A stretch of 64,000 nucleotides of DNA from NCBI RefSeq assembly GCF_036588685.1, contig NC_086373.1:101742001-101806000 (forward strand), in the 5' to 3' direction. Positions 1 to 12,200 of this stretch are shown here, piece after piece. The number at the start of each line of letters is the position of its first letter. Positions within the stretch are counted from its first letter, which is position 1. The translations under genes and the position numbers were made by a program. The notes beneath the pieces are model-generated. The model worked only from the letters and a program-made list of their open reading frames with translations, was not told the origin of the DNA and did no database searches. Origin of the DNA: Mytilus trossulus. Lineage: Eukaryota.

Positions 1-162
1 ATAACTTTGTTTTCTTTTTTTTTAAGCATTAGAAGCTTACGAATGCTTAAATAAGTATCATATATATATTTACATAAAGAATTTCTTAACATTTATTTGA
101 CATTGTAAAGAGAAATGATATTCACCACCAACACACAGTTGAACCAGCTTTCAGGAACTTAC

Positions 163-267
163 CTTTAATATAGATGATATAAGATCCCAGTTCCACATGA
201 GATTATTTTTAGTGCCAATTACCATAGAATCTCTCATCGCCTGAGTAATTATATCATCTGATGGAAA
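163..267 (-). CDS. RICTOR: RICTOR coding exon 16
   Basis: FPSDDIITQAMRDSMVIGTKNNLMWNWDLISSILK; GTAAGT donor. Confidence 0.92.
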
Positions 268-3200
268 CTAAAAAAAAGAAAAATATATCTTATTATAACA
301 TTGTTGTCTAAAAATGAATGGAAGTACACATCTAGTGCAAGAAATTGGAGATAATTTGTCCTTGATACAAATGGATCTATAAGTGGACCATGGTATCAAT
401 AATTTTCAGATATATTATGATTAGGTCTTGAAAAATGAACATACACAAAAAAAATATTATACACCAACATGACATGGAGGTCAAGTCAAATCAATATATA
501 TGAAAAATGAACATAAACAAAAATAAATTATACACCAACATGAAACGGAGGTCAAGTCAAATATATAAGAAGAATAAATAAGGATTATCTTTGATGTTCC
601 CTCATTGGTAAACAGAAATGGGACTTTCATTACCTTTGACAAATATAAGTCATACAGCTTGTCTTTTTGTAAGTGGAACTGTTTTTTATGTCCAGCATTT
701 TTCCCACTGCTGTACTGAATTAACTGGTCAAGGTATAAACTACATGGAACTACACCTTTCTTCTTCAGAGAATGAAATCTATCCAGGTAATATACTGCTT
801 TTTGAGCTTGGCTGAAAAGTATGAATTATTATCGTAGAATAATGTCAAAAGATGTGTTGTGAATACCACTGCATCTGATGTCACACAAGGTTTTGGCAGG
901 ATTCGTTTTGTTAAGTTTTTATGTTTTGTATGTAGTGTTGTGTAGACTGTTGTTTATACTTATTGTCATTTTAATATTATGTTATGATTCCTCAGTGTCT
1001 CTATAACTTATGTGTTTTATTTTCTAATATTCAGTTTCTTTTACACAAGTGAGAAGAAAATACATTTTTTCAATTTCTATTAACCATAAAATACATAGCA
1101 TAGAATTTTCTATTGATTTTTTTCTTTCCAAATTGTTTGATATCTGGTATTTTTCTGCCTTGTTAAGACTTAGTTAAATTGAACGGTTGACAATTAAGAA
1201 TTTGGTAATTTATGAATAAAATGTAATCCAAAAATGCACTTTCCACTCTGTAAATGAAATCATCAAATAAGTTGTACTATAGAGTATCATGTATACAGAT
1301 ATCTATGCAGACAGTTATTTGAAACAAAATTAGAGTATTCTGACTGACATAAATAATCACTGTTGAAATACAATTTAAAAAAGAATTGGGTCAATGCTGT
1401 GTGCAGACTTACTTTCTTTGGTCAGCCTGTACATCCATTGATGAAGCTATTGACAACAGAGAGGGTAGGCAATGGTTATGGTAGCTACATTCATGGGGTA
1501 ATAATGTACTTGCCTGAAAATAAAAAAAACAAAACTTTATAAAGATATACAAAACAAGTAAATGTAATCATTTTATCGATTCTTATCAGGAATTTAATAT
1601 GCCTAATCTACAGTGGGATGTTATTTGAAAGAAGAGATGGTAAAGTAAGGTATTAATTCTTCTCTTACTAAGATTTTAATAAATTCTTATGCTTAGCTGC
1701 GTAATTTATATCTTATGTTCTTTTGTTGTCAGTTGATGGCTGGTGTCTTACTTCAAAGCAAAATGGCCTATACTTAATTCATGCATTCAGTTGAAAAATG
1801 TGGTTTTTAACAATTTCTTTTTCAAATATTAACTTACTGAATTTTAACTGAATTGACACAATGCAAGAACACGCAGACCATATTCTTGGAATAACTACAT
1901 GTGCATCTGAAGACTTTTATGTATAAATACTTACCAAATGTAACAGCTCTCCTAACAATATTGTTGCCCTTATAGACAACTTTGTACTACTGCTGATGAT
2001 AACTTCTACTAAAGCCTAGAATAGATAATTAATTTATCAAGTCATAGCAATCATTTAAACTGTTTTCTATATTAAATAATCTCTCAACAGAATTTGGTAA
2101 AGACTTGTCAAAGCTCAAAATTAACTTTGGGGACCCTGAATTAAAAAAAAGCATTATGAAATCATATGAGTGTTTAGAAAGGAGCATGGAAATCATTCAA
2201 CTAATGTAAACTTGTATAAAAGATTTGTTCTTTTTCCAAGCATGTCTTGGTCGATTACTTGTGTATCATTTCAACATTTTTTCCAAATATTTCCATGTCT
2301 TTATAATAGTTTATAATAAATATGTAAAAGTAACATTATTTCTACAAAGATTTCAGCAAACTAACCTCTAGGATGCCAGCTCCAATCCAGGCAAATAATA
2401 TCAATGCTATATGGTTTTCTACCAAATTAGGTCTGAAAAATAAACACAAATGTTAACATTTATTACATACATTCATGTGATTTTGAAATATGGTGTATAT
2501 ATGATGCAGTACAAATTATCATTCCTTTGTTAGGGCTATTCCATTTAAACATACATCAACCCCCAGGAAGGCACTATGACAATAGGGCAGCCACCCAGAG
2601 AAGCATTTTTACAAATTTTGAAGGATTGTCCTCATCAAAACTTTGAAAAGGGCACCCACCACTAGAAGTGGTTTCAAAATGCCTTCCTGGGGGTTGATCT
2701 ATGTTTAAATGGAATAGCCCTTACCAGACTGTTGTCAGTTTGCATAAATTTAACAGAATATAACAGCAGTTAAAAATAGCTCAACCAGAAATCTGTCATC
2801 ATTGAAATACCTCTTGACTATATATTTTTAAGATACTGCTTTATAAATTTTGTCTAATCAGCTATAAACTTTCATCATCTTCAAGACCATTACCTTATTT
2901 TAGCCATATGAGGCAGTGAAGACTTTCCTTCCTCTGCAACAAATCCTTCTGTAAGCCTCCATGTATACTTCATCACTGATGGATCTAGCAAAACAAATAT
3001 ACATTTTTTTATATATATTCATTACATAATAGCATTAGAAACTTCAAAGAAAAGAAAAAATATGGTCCTCAATTTTTAGACTGTTTGCTCTGAGTGTTCC
3101 AAATAAAGGCAAATTCTAACAGTACTTAGCAACTCTGCAAGCATAAAATATAAAATAAAATATAAAAAATATGGTATGATTTCTAAAAAGACGACTCTCT

Positions 3201-6200
3201 ACAAGAGACCAGATGACACAGAAATTAACAACTATAGGTCACTGTTCAGCCTTCAACAATGAATTTGATTTAATTCTTATAAAGAGGTTGTAATGTTTAG
3301 AAATTCAGGTAAATATCTAAATATCAAACTAATAATGAGAGAAAATATCAAAGTTACATACCAACACTGAGAAGTGCCTCCGAGAAATCTTCTGTAAATT
3401 CTGGTACTTGTAGACGAAATAGATCATATAAAATATCCAATATTCCTTGCTGTAAAAAAATAGTACATAGTAATGCCTTAATTCAAGAATGATATCACAT
3501 TTTTTCTGATTTATAATAAAAAAAAACCCAACAAAACTCTTACTGTTCATTAATATAACAGATCATTCAACATCTCATAGATTCATGTTATTTATATTAT
3601 AGACATAAAAAATACAGGTACAAGTAAAACAATTACTAATAATGCCATATTTAAGAATGTACTAAGTTATCAAAAGCAGTAAGATAACATTTTAATAGTT
3701 ACCACTGACTGATAATAAAAGCAATAATTCTTACATGACCACAAGTGAGGTGTGGAATAAAGTGTAAAAATTGTAAAAAACTGAAAAGTCTTAATCAACT
3801 GTTAATCTATTTCATAATACAATGGCATTTTCAGTCAAAATGAATACAATTTGTTATATGTAGATAAGCAAATACAAACCCTAATTTCAGGAAAGGGAAG
3901 ATATAAAATTCCAACAATAGATTGTAAACCACTCCCATCAGGTCGACAAAATCTCAGTATCCCTATAATATAAATGCATGTTTAATCATTGACAATCTGA
4001 ATCTGAATTCACAATAAGAACAGCGACACTACTTACACCATAAAATTTGACAGAGAAACATAAAGTATTAATTGTTATTTAATATTTTTGCCTCAGCTGA
4101 ACATATTGTTTTACAAACGTGTGGTCTATATGGAAAAATATACTCCAATTTGGTTGATTTTCATCCATTAAAGCAATTAGGCATACATAAAATTGAGAAT
4201 GGAAATGGGGAATGTGTCAAAGAGACAACAACCCGACCTTAGAAAAAACAACAACAGAAGGTCACCAACAGGTCTTCAATGTAACGAAAAATTCCCACAC
4301 CCACATCTTTGCAAAAATTATTCAAAACTTCTGAACTTTCATAGTTTTGTATAAAAGTGAAATTTTCAGTATTTAATGTTATTTCTGATCCAAACAGCTA
4401 AATGCTAATTTTTCAACCATTTCACAAAGAAGAGGGTACTTGTTGTTTAAATAGTGATATAATGATGCAAATATATAGCTGTAGATGGTGAACCTTGCAT
4501 GGTTTAAGAATTGTTAAGGCAACATTTCAAAACAATAAAGGGAATAAGCACATCAATTGAAAACTATTTCTTTGGTAAATAATATATAACTTATATTTCA
4601 TAAATAACAGGCTTTTATTTGAACTTGGAATTATTTTTAATTATGGAATTAACATAATTTCTTGTGTTGGAATTTTTTTATAAATTCCATGTTTATTTTG
4701 TATTATTATGTTTTGAGCGGAGCATAACACTTTCCCCACAGTGTACTTTGTATAGATAGTGTTGTGCGCGGCACAATACATTCTATTGAAAGTGTGCTAT
4801 TGTTTTTGTAATAGAAAGTGTTGTGTGCGGCACAAAACATTATGATACAGAATAAACATGGAATTCATTAAAAATTTCTAACACAAGAAATAATACATAT
4901 TCCATAATTAAAAATAATTCCAAGTTCATATAATAGCCTGTTAAATGTGAAGTTGTCATATGTATGAATCGACCCTTCATTGTCTTTTTTCAATGCTCAG
5001 ACCATTGTTTAATTTGTTTTACAGTTTTTTAATTACAAATGCTGTATAAGTAACTTTCTGAAATAAAGTTGTAAACATGTGCACTCTTATGTCTTAAAAG
5101 ATTATTACTAACCTGGCCATGATTTCATTATAGCTATAACAGCCATCTTACTGGAGGCAAATCTATGTTCTTTATCTTCTCTACAAAAAAACAAAAAAAC
5201 CATGATATTAGGCAGAGCTAAGGGGGTAGGGGTTTCAAAGAATGACCTAATTATCAAATAAACTGTTGGTGTTTTTACTGATTCAGAAAAAACATAATAA
5301 CAGTGTCATAATGACATCATATATGCTAAATCCATTATCCTTTATTGAAAAAATTAAATTTCCTGTCAATTTGTTATTTTTTCTTTAAATACTGCTGTAT
5401 TTGAAAGTTTTGAATTTTAAGACAAAATATGCCGACTGAGAATAATTAATAACAATGTAATATTAACTTACCCAGTAGATCCATCACTTGAGTCTGCACT
5501 AAATCTATAATGACAGTCAGTGAATGGTGCTAACAATTGCTGGAAAGATACGTAAAACAACCTTATAAACAATGGAATTGTAGACATAATATAAACAATA
5601 AAACATAAATGAACTAATGAGGTACAAACAACAACAGCTTAAGATGTTAATTTGAAACTCTCAAAACTTACATTAAAGCTACAGATACTAAAGGGATAAT
5701 TGCAGTAAAATTTCTTGACAAATGATGTTAATTTAACCCCGCCACATTATTTATGTATGTGCCTGTCCCAAGTCAGGAGCCTGTAATTCAGTGGTTGTCG
5801 TTTGTTTATGTGTTACATATTTGTTTTTCGTTCATTTTTTTACATAAATAAGGCTGTTAGTTTTCTCCTGTGAATTGTTTTACATTGTCTTATCGGGGCC
5901 TTTTATAGCTGACTGTATGCGGTATGGGCTTTGCTCATTGTTGAAGACCGTACGGTGACCTATAATTGTTAATGTTTGTGTAATTTTGGTCTTTTGTGGA
6001 TAGTTGTCTCATTGGCAATCATACCACATCTTCTTTTTTATATATTAATGTTAATTTTTGGTGCATGATGATAACATGAACACTTTTATTATAATCGATA
6101 AAAAAAATGACTGATTTTGACGATTCATCTTAAATTTTTTCCAAAAATAACAGTAACAATAATTTTTTGAGAACTCTGACAAAGGATCTAATAAGGATAT

Positions 6201-9200
6201 TTTGATGACTCACGTTAAAAATTTAAACAGATTTTGACACTAATGGTAGCTGAAAAATTACCGTTTGAGACAGTAAAGGGCATTTCTACCCTTATACATA
6301 TTTATTTTTTGAAAGAAAAATAACATTTAGCATCTCTAAATGTGTCCATAGTATTGTTTTATTGGTACGTGGTATCTTTTAAAAAGAGAAATTCTATGAT
6401 GTGAAAAAAATTTCCTATTATTTTACCTCTAAATCTGTGTTGAATTTAATCAGATGTCTTGTCCTAGGATGATTTAGCAAATATAAAATGGTTGATACAA
6501 GTGACTCGTTGATCCTGGGATACTGATGACAGTCTAATGCTGCTCTTATGATTGTCGATATACCTCCACATAACGATAATAACTCAGGGTTCAGAAAAGC
6601 TGAAATAACAATGATAAATCTTATGACACAATCAAAGAGCTGATAGCTCTGAAGTGGAAGAAGGTGAATAAAAGGTAACTTGAATTACCATAAAAGCAGC
6701 CTCACTTACCCAGGCTGCTTTGTTCCATTATTGTTAAAATGTATTTTTTTTCTTCAAACAAGAAAAGGTCATAAGTACATGGATTTCCCATCCGTACAAT
6801 CATTTTCTATGTTCAGTTGACTATGAAAATTAGGTAAAATCTTTTAATTTGGCAGTAAAATTAAGAAGATCATATCAAGAGGAACAAATGTTTACTAAGT
6901 TTCAAGTTGATTGGATTTCAATTTCATCAAAAACTACCTCGACCATAATCTTTATAACCAGAAGCAGGACGGACGAACAGACTAGAAAACATATTGCCCA
7001 TAAATGGAGCATAAAAATAATAAGACTTATTACATACCCGCCAACTTTTGAAAGTTCCCATATGGGTTTTTGCTGCACAACAACAATTTTAAAGGTAACA
7101 ATTTTTAGCGACGTATTTTGCAAGATCTGGATTGTCTAGAAAAAGTGTCATATTTGTATGATGAACTTACATGCCTTTTCCTTAAGTCTGTTTGCATGAT
7201 TCTAGTTATAAATAAATCAGTAGAAAAAATATACATGAAGCTAGCAGACCAGGGTTTATTTTCCAGATTAAGAATATTAGATGCTTGTTGAAATTTCCAA
7301 TTTTGAATTATGCACAAAGATGGACCTTTAACAGGTTGGGAACAACACTCCAAATGAGGGTAACCTAACTGGAAGATCATCACAACCCACTGTAAAAAAT
7401 GAGCACAAAAAAGTCATTTATATTCATATTATTTGATGAAACTTTTCCCCAAGAACTATGCATCTATTAAGTACTGAATGGTCAAAACATCATATTTTTT
7501 TATCGACATAAATTTTGTCGTAAATGTAACCAAATGATGTAGAAATTGTGTTTTTTCTTCAAATTTCCATCAAATTGTAATATTTATAGTTCCCTTATTG
7601 CCTCTCTATTTGAATAAAATAAAATAATAAGAAGAATCTGTTTCTTGTTTTGTTTTGTTTTTGACAAATGATTGTTCACTGCTTGCAAATGAATCATTAT
7701 ATTTATATATCTTATCTGTATATATTTTTGTTCATGTCTCCATCTCCTTATCATTTGTAAATGTTTAGACAAATAAGAAAGAAATAAGCTCCACATGATA
7801 TGTATATTTGCAACATCGTAAATTAATTAAAAAAATAACATACACTAACACTAGCTAGTACTGCATGGATTTTAGCATTATGAAAGTCACATTTGTAGAA
7901 AGCTTAAAAAGAATTATAAACAGTGTAAAATGTCTTGCTATTTCTTAGCTTAGACAATAAAATCTAATATATACTAACATTTACAAATTTAAATTTCAAG
8001 ATTTTACTAGAAATTAATCTAACTACTACACCTTTTATTAGTCTAGTTGCACATATTGAATGTTGATTTCTAATCAGTTGTAAACAAATTTATCATATAA
8101 ACTTCAATTTAATCCTTGAAAGGAGGTCTAGATTGCTAAAATTATTTATAATTTTTTTTTTTTTTATTTGTCCAAAATCATTTAAATTCTTTTAATCAAC
8201 ATCATTTTATGATTATTTGATTAAAATATTAATCATTTATAGTCTTTTTACAATTTACATTTTTAAAAGCAAAATAACTGAAAACAGGATAAAACAAAGG
8301 GAAGTAACAAAAAAGTATTTCAATATTCCCAATACACATCGTTTTGATAACACAACGGCAGTTAGCCGGAGGTAAACATCGTTGATTACCAGTATGTTTG
8401 ACACCCAAGCTGTCAAGTGAAGCCATATAATTATACATCTTCTTTGATGTTCAGGTAAAATTTAACACAGGTGTCAATAACACCCGTACAGTAGTAAGAA
8501 ATGATCAAATATGGCGTCTGAAAATTTTCATTCATGAAATATTTCATACACGGGAGTTTTTTCTCCTAAACGGGAGGACGGGAGGAGACCCCTGAAAACG
8601 GGAGTTTTGTACTCCTGTCGGGAGGTTCACATGTATGTTACGTTATGTTAATTTACATAACAAAGGAAAACCATGAATAAAGACAACACTTTATATATCC
8701 TTTTTATTTATATAAAAACAAAATCTTCTTGTCCGCAGGATTGCAAATTTGTAACTTCAAGGGCGAACTTGTAAATAGGGCGAGTTGTCCCGATACCATA
8801 TTCACGCATGCGTAATACAAATATCTACAGTTACAACATTCTGTTACAAGTAAACAAATAACGTTCATGTGGATGAGATGAAATCTAATAATTAACATAA
8901 ATAAAAGGGGTATATTTACGATAGTGATTGTTTTACAATCATAATTTACAAATTAAATGATACAGATGCCTAATCATTTGTAAAAATCGGTGTCAGGAAT
9001 TTGAAATTGTAATACACGAAATGAATGCGGCATACAGAGACTCAATGCCAATGGTCAGCCCCTTAAGTCTTCAGAAGACTTGACGTCTTCTTCCACTAAT
9101 TATATCCACATAGACAGAATACTAACAACTTTATGAGATTTAAACATGAAGTGTGATAATTAATACTGGTATAAGTTTGACAATGTAATTTTTGTCAACT

Positions 9201-12200
9201 CATCTTGAGCTAAATATGAAATTTTATTTCTTATTAGAGCCTAGAAATAGAAGAATGTGTCAGAGGAAAGTTAAAAGAGGCATAACTTAGAAACTATAAG
9301 TGACTCACTGTTGCAATTTGAACTCTGTAAGCTAGTATTGGCTTTAAGCAATATGTATGAGTGTCATAAAATTTGGATGACGGAAACTAAAGTTAGAGGC
9401 AGAAACGAAAATGGGACTGACAGACATTATACATGTTATATTATATTAATTTTTTTCTCTGAAATTCTGTAAAAACTGTAATTTTGCTATCTTTCATTGT
9501 CAAGTGCAAGATTTAGATCTATATAACATAAGTGTGAATCACAGTACAGTTTTAAGAAGAAATAACTTTTTTATTACAGTCCTTTTCAGTAGCCCTCAAA
9601 TGTATCAGATTTCTATTGTGTCCATGCTGGCTGTCAAAGCACAAAATATACGGAACAATCACTATATTATATACATATTGTATTTACCTATTTCACATAT
9701 CGTAGCTAATGATATTCTGACCATTCTGTCTCTTTCATGGTTGCCATCATTACCAATAGCAACCAATGGATACACTAGAGAGGAAGATAGTTTGTGAGGT
9801 GCTACATGTGCTATCTTTCTGATCAATTTAATGGCATGTATTCTTTCTACCTCATTGTCAAGACAAACATCCACTGATCTGAAAATCACATTAACAGTAA
9901 TGAGTTATAGCATAATTAACTTGTATGTAAAGCATAAATTACATAAATTTGAATAAATTCATGCATGTTAGACAATGATGAAATTAAAACTTTATAGTTT
10001 AACTAAAATGAATCTTCTTAATTGTCTTTGAAACACCCTTTCTTGGCTAATGTATCCTCAATACTAAGTCTAAAAGCAGTGGTATCCCAAGATGGAAAGA
10101 TAAGACATACAATGACATATAAGCTACAAATGCCCAACAATTTTTGTCTTTTGCCTTGTTTTAATAATTTTAATATACCAGAATAAACTAGTCCACCTTG
10201 TCTGCATATATAACAAATGAATTATAAGTTCATACATTCAGGAGAAAGAGGTGGAATCAGTGCATTTTTGCGCCTGTCCCAAGTCAGGAGCCTCTGGCCT
10301 TTGTTAGTCTTGTATTATTTTTATATAAGTTTCTTGTGTACAATTTGGAAATTAGTATGGCGTTCATTATCACTGAACTAGTATATATTTGTTTAGGGGC
10401 CAGCTGAAGGACGCCTCCGGGTGCGGGAATTTCTCGCTACATTGAAGACCTGTTGGTGACCTTCTGCTGTTGTTTTTTATTTTGGTCGGGTTGTTGTCTC
10501 TTTGACACATTCCCCATTTCCATTCTCAATTTTATTACAAAAGTTGTTTGACCCTGCTACATGGCCATACATCCAAGTTCCAGTTGTTTAGTGAGTTTGG
10601 CATTGATTGCTGACTTTAGATAATCTATGTACATGTACATGTCATTCACATCTTTCCTAAACGTTTTAGTTTTACTATTGTTGAAATCTTCATGTTAAAA
10701 TGATAAATGTTTAGATGTCTCATTTTTTATTGTGCTGTTTGGTTAATGTGGCATCAATGTATACCCTATATCTCTTTGTTCATTAATAAATCATGATTAA
10801 CATACCTGACAATCAAATAATCTATCTGTAATGCATACACCAAGTCTATAGCTTCACCATCTTGTATAAAGTACCGTAAAACTCTTAAGGTGGCTGCTCT
10901 AACTTCTTTTGCTTCATGAAACAAACTTATTCTCAAACTGAAATATCATCATCAAGAATTATCAATCAAAAGCCATGGATTCAAGACAAAAATACCTTAA
11001 TCAGAAACTATTAAAACAATAGTAAATTTACTTTCTCCATTCAGTTTAAACAAAATAACTGAGGTCTCAGAATTACTACAAATCTCTGTTTCATATCATC
11101 GAGACATAACTTAGGAATGTTATCAGTATCAATATATACAAGATACCAATGAAAAATTAATTCTGAGGCAGACCAAAAATAAAGATAGGTGTAGTACAGA
11201 ATTTTAATATAAGTTTAATCTCTTAGAAGTTAATTCATTTGTATAAATTTACATTGTGTCATAGATCATATTTATTTGTTCTTTGTATGTTTGCTTGTTT
11301 TTGTTTATATGTCATTTGATAGAGTTCAGCCATTTCAATTGATATTTTTGTGTGTCTTTCTATGTTGTGATGTTTCACTATCGTTTCAGGTTAAGGTTGG
11401 TGCCTGTTTAAATGTTTAAACCCGCTGCATTTGTTTGCACCAATCAGTCAGTTCTTTTAAAAACAGGAGTTCGCAATGTGGTGTAAATTTGGAAAAATAT
11501 TCTCTGTATTATTTTAATTTGTTTATTGAAAATATTTTATCAAATATCAATTTATTATCATATATATATGGTTGATAAAAACTAAAGAAAACTGCTTCTT
11601 AACATTTGGTTAATGATGATACCATATGGTTACCATGTACAGCTAAATACTTACCAGCTTAAAATATCTCTCTTTGAAAATCCAGTAATTTTCTCCTGCT
11701 TATATTTCTGTAGGAACTTTACAAAAGCATTTAAGTAACCCAGTTTTCTTGATTTAGAAGTCTGTATTTGTGCAATAGTATTCACTAGTATTTCCTTCAA
11801 ATTATCTGTTGGGCCTAAAATAAAATAAGATTTATTCAACTACCAATACTCATTAATAGAATAAACAAATGCTTTCTTCAAGTTATTTGCAGGTTTTTGA
11901 AACACAATCACAAGCATGACATGTAGATTATTAATGTCATCAGTCTACATATATAGGAATAAAAAACACTACATTTGTACATTTGTAATTCTTGGGTAAA
12001 TTAGATGCAGAATCATAGCTAGGGTACATTTGAAATCAAAATAAATTTGTCCTTGGAAGTCTACAATTGTTCAGTGTTTTAATTTACAGACTTAATTTGA
12101 ATGATCAATAATCTTCCAAGGGCCTTCGAGGCCAAGTGGACTAATATGTTTAACCCCGCCACATTCTGTATGTATGTGCCTGTCCCAAGTTCAGAGCCTG

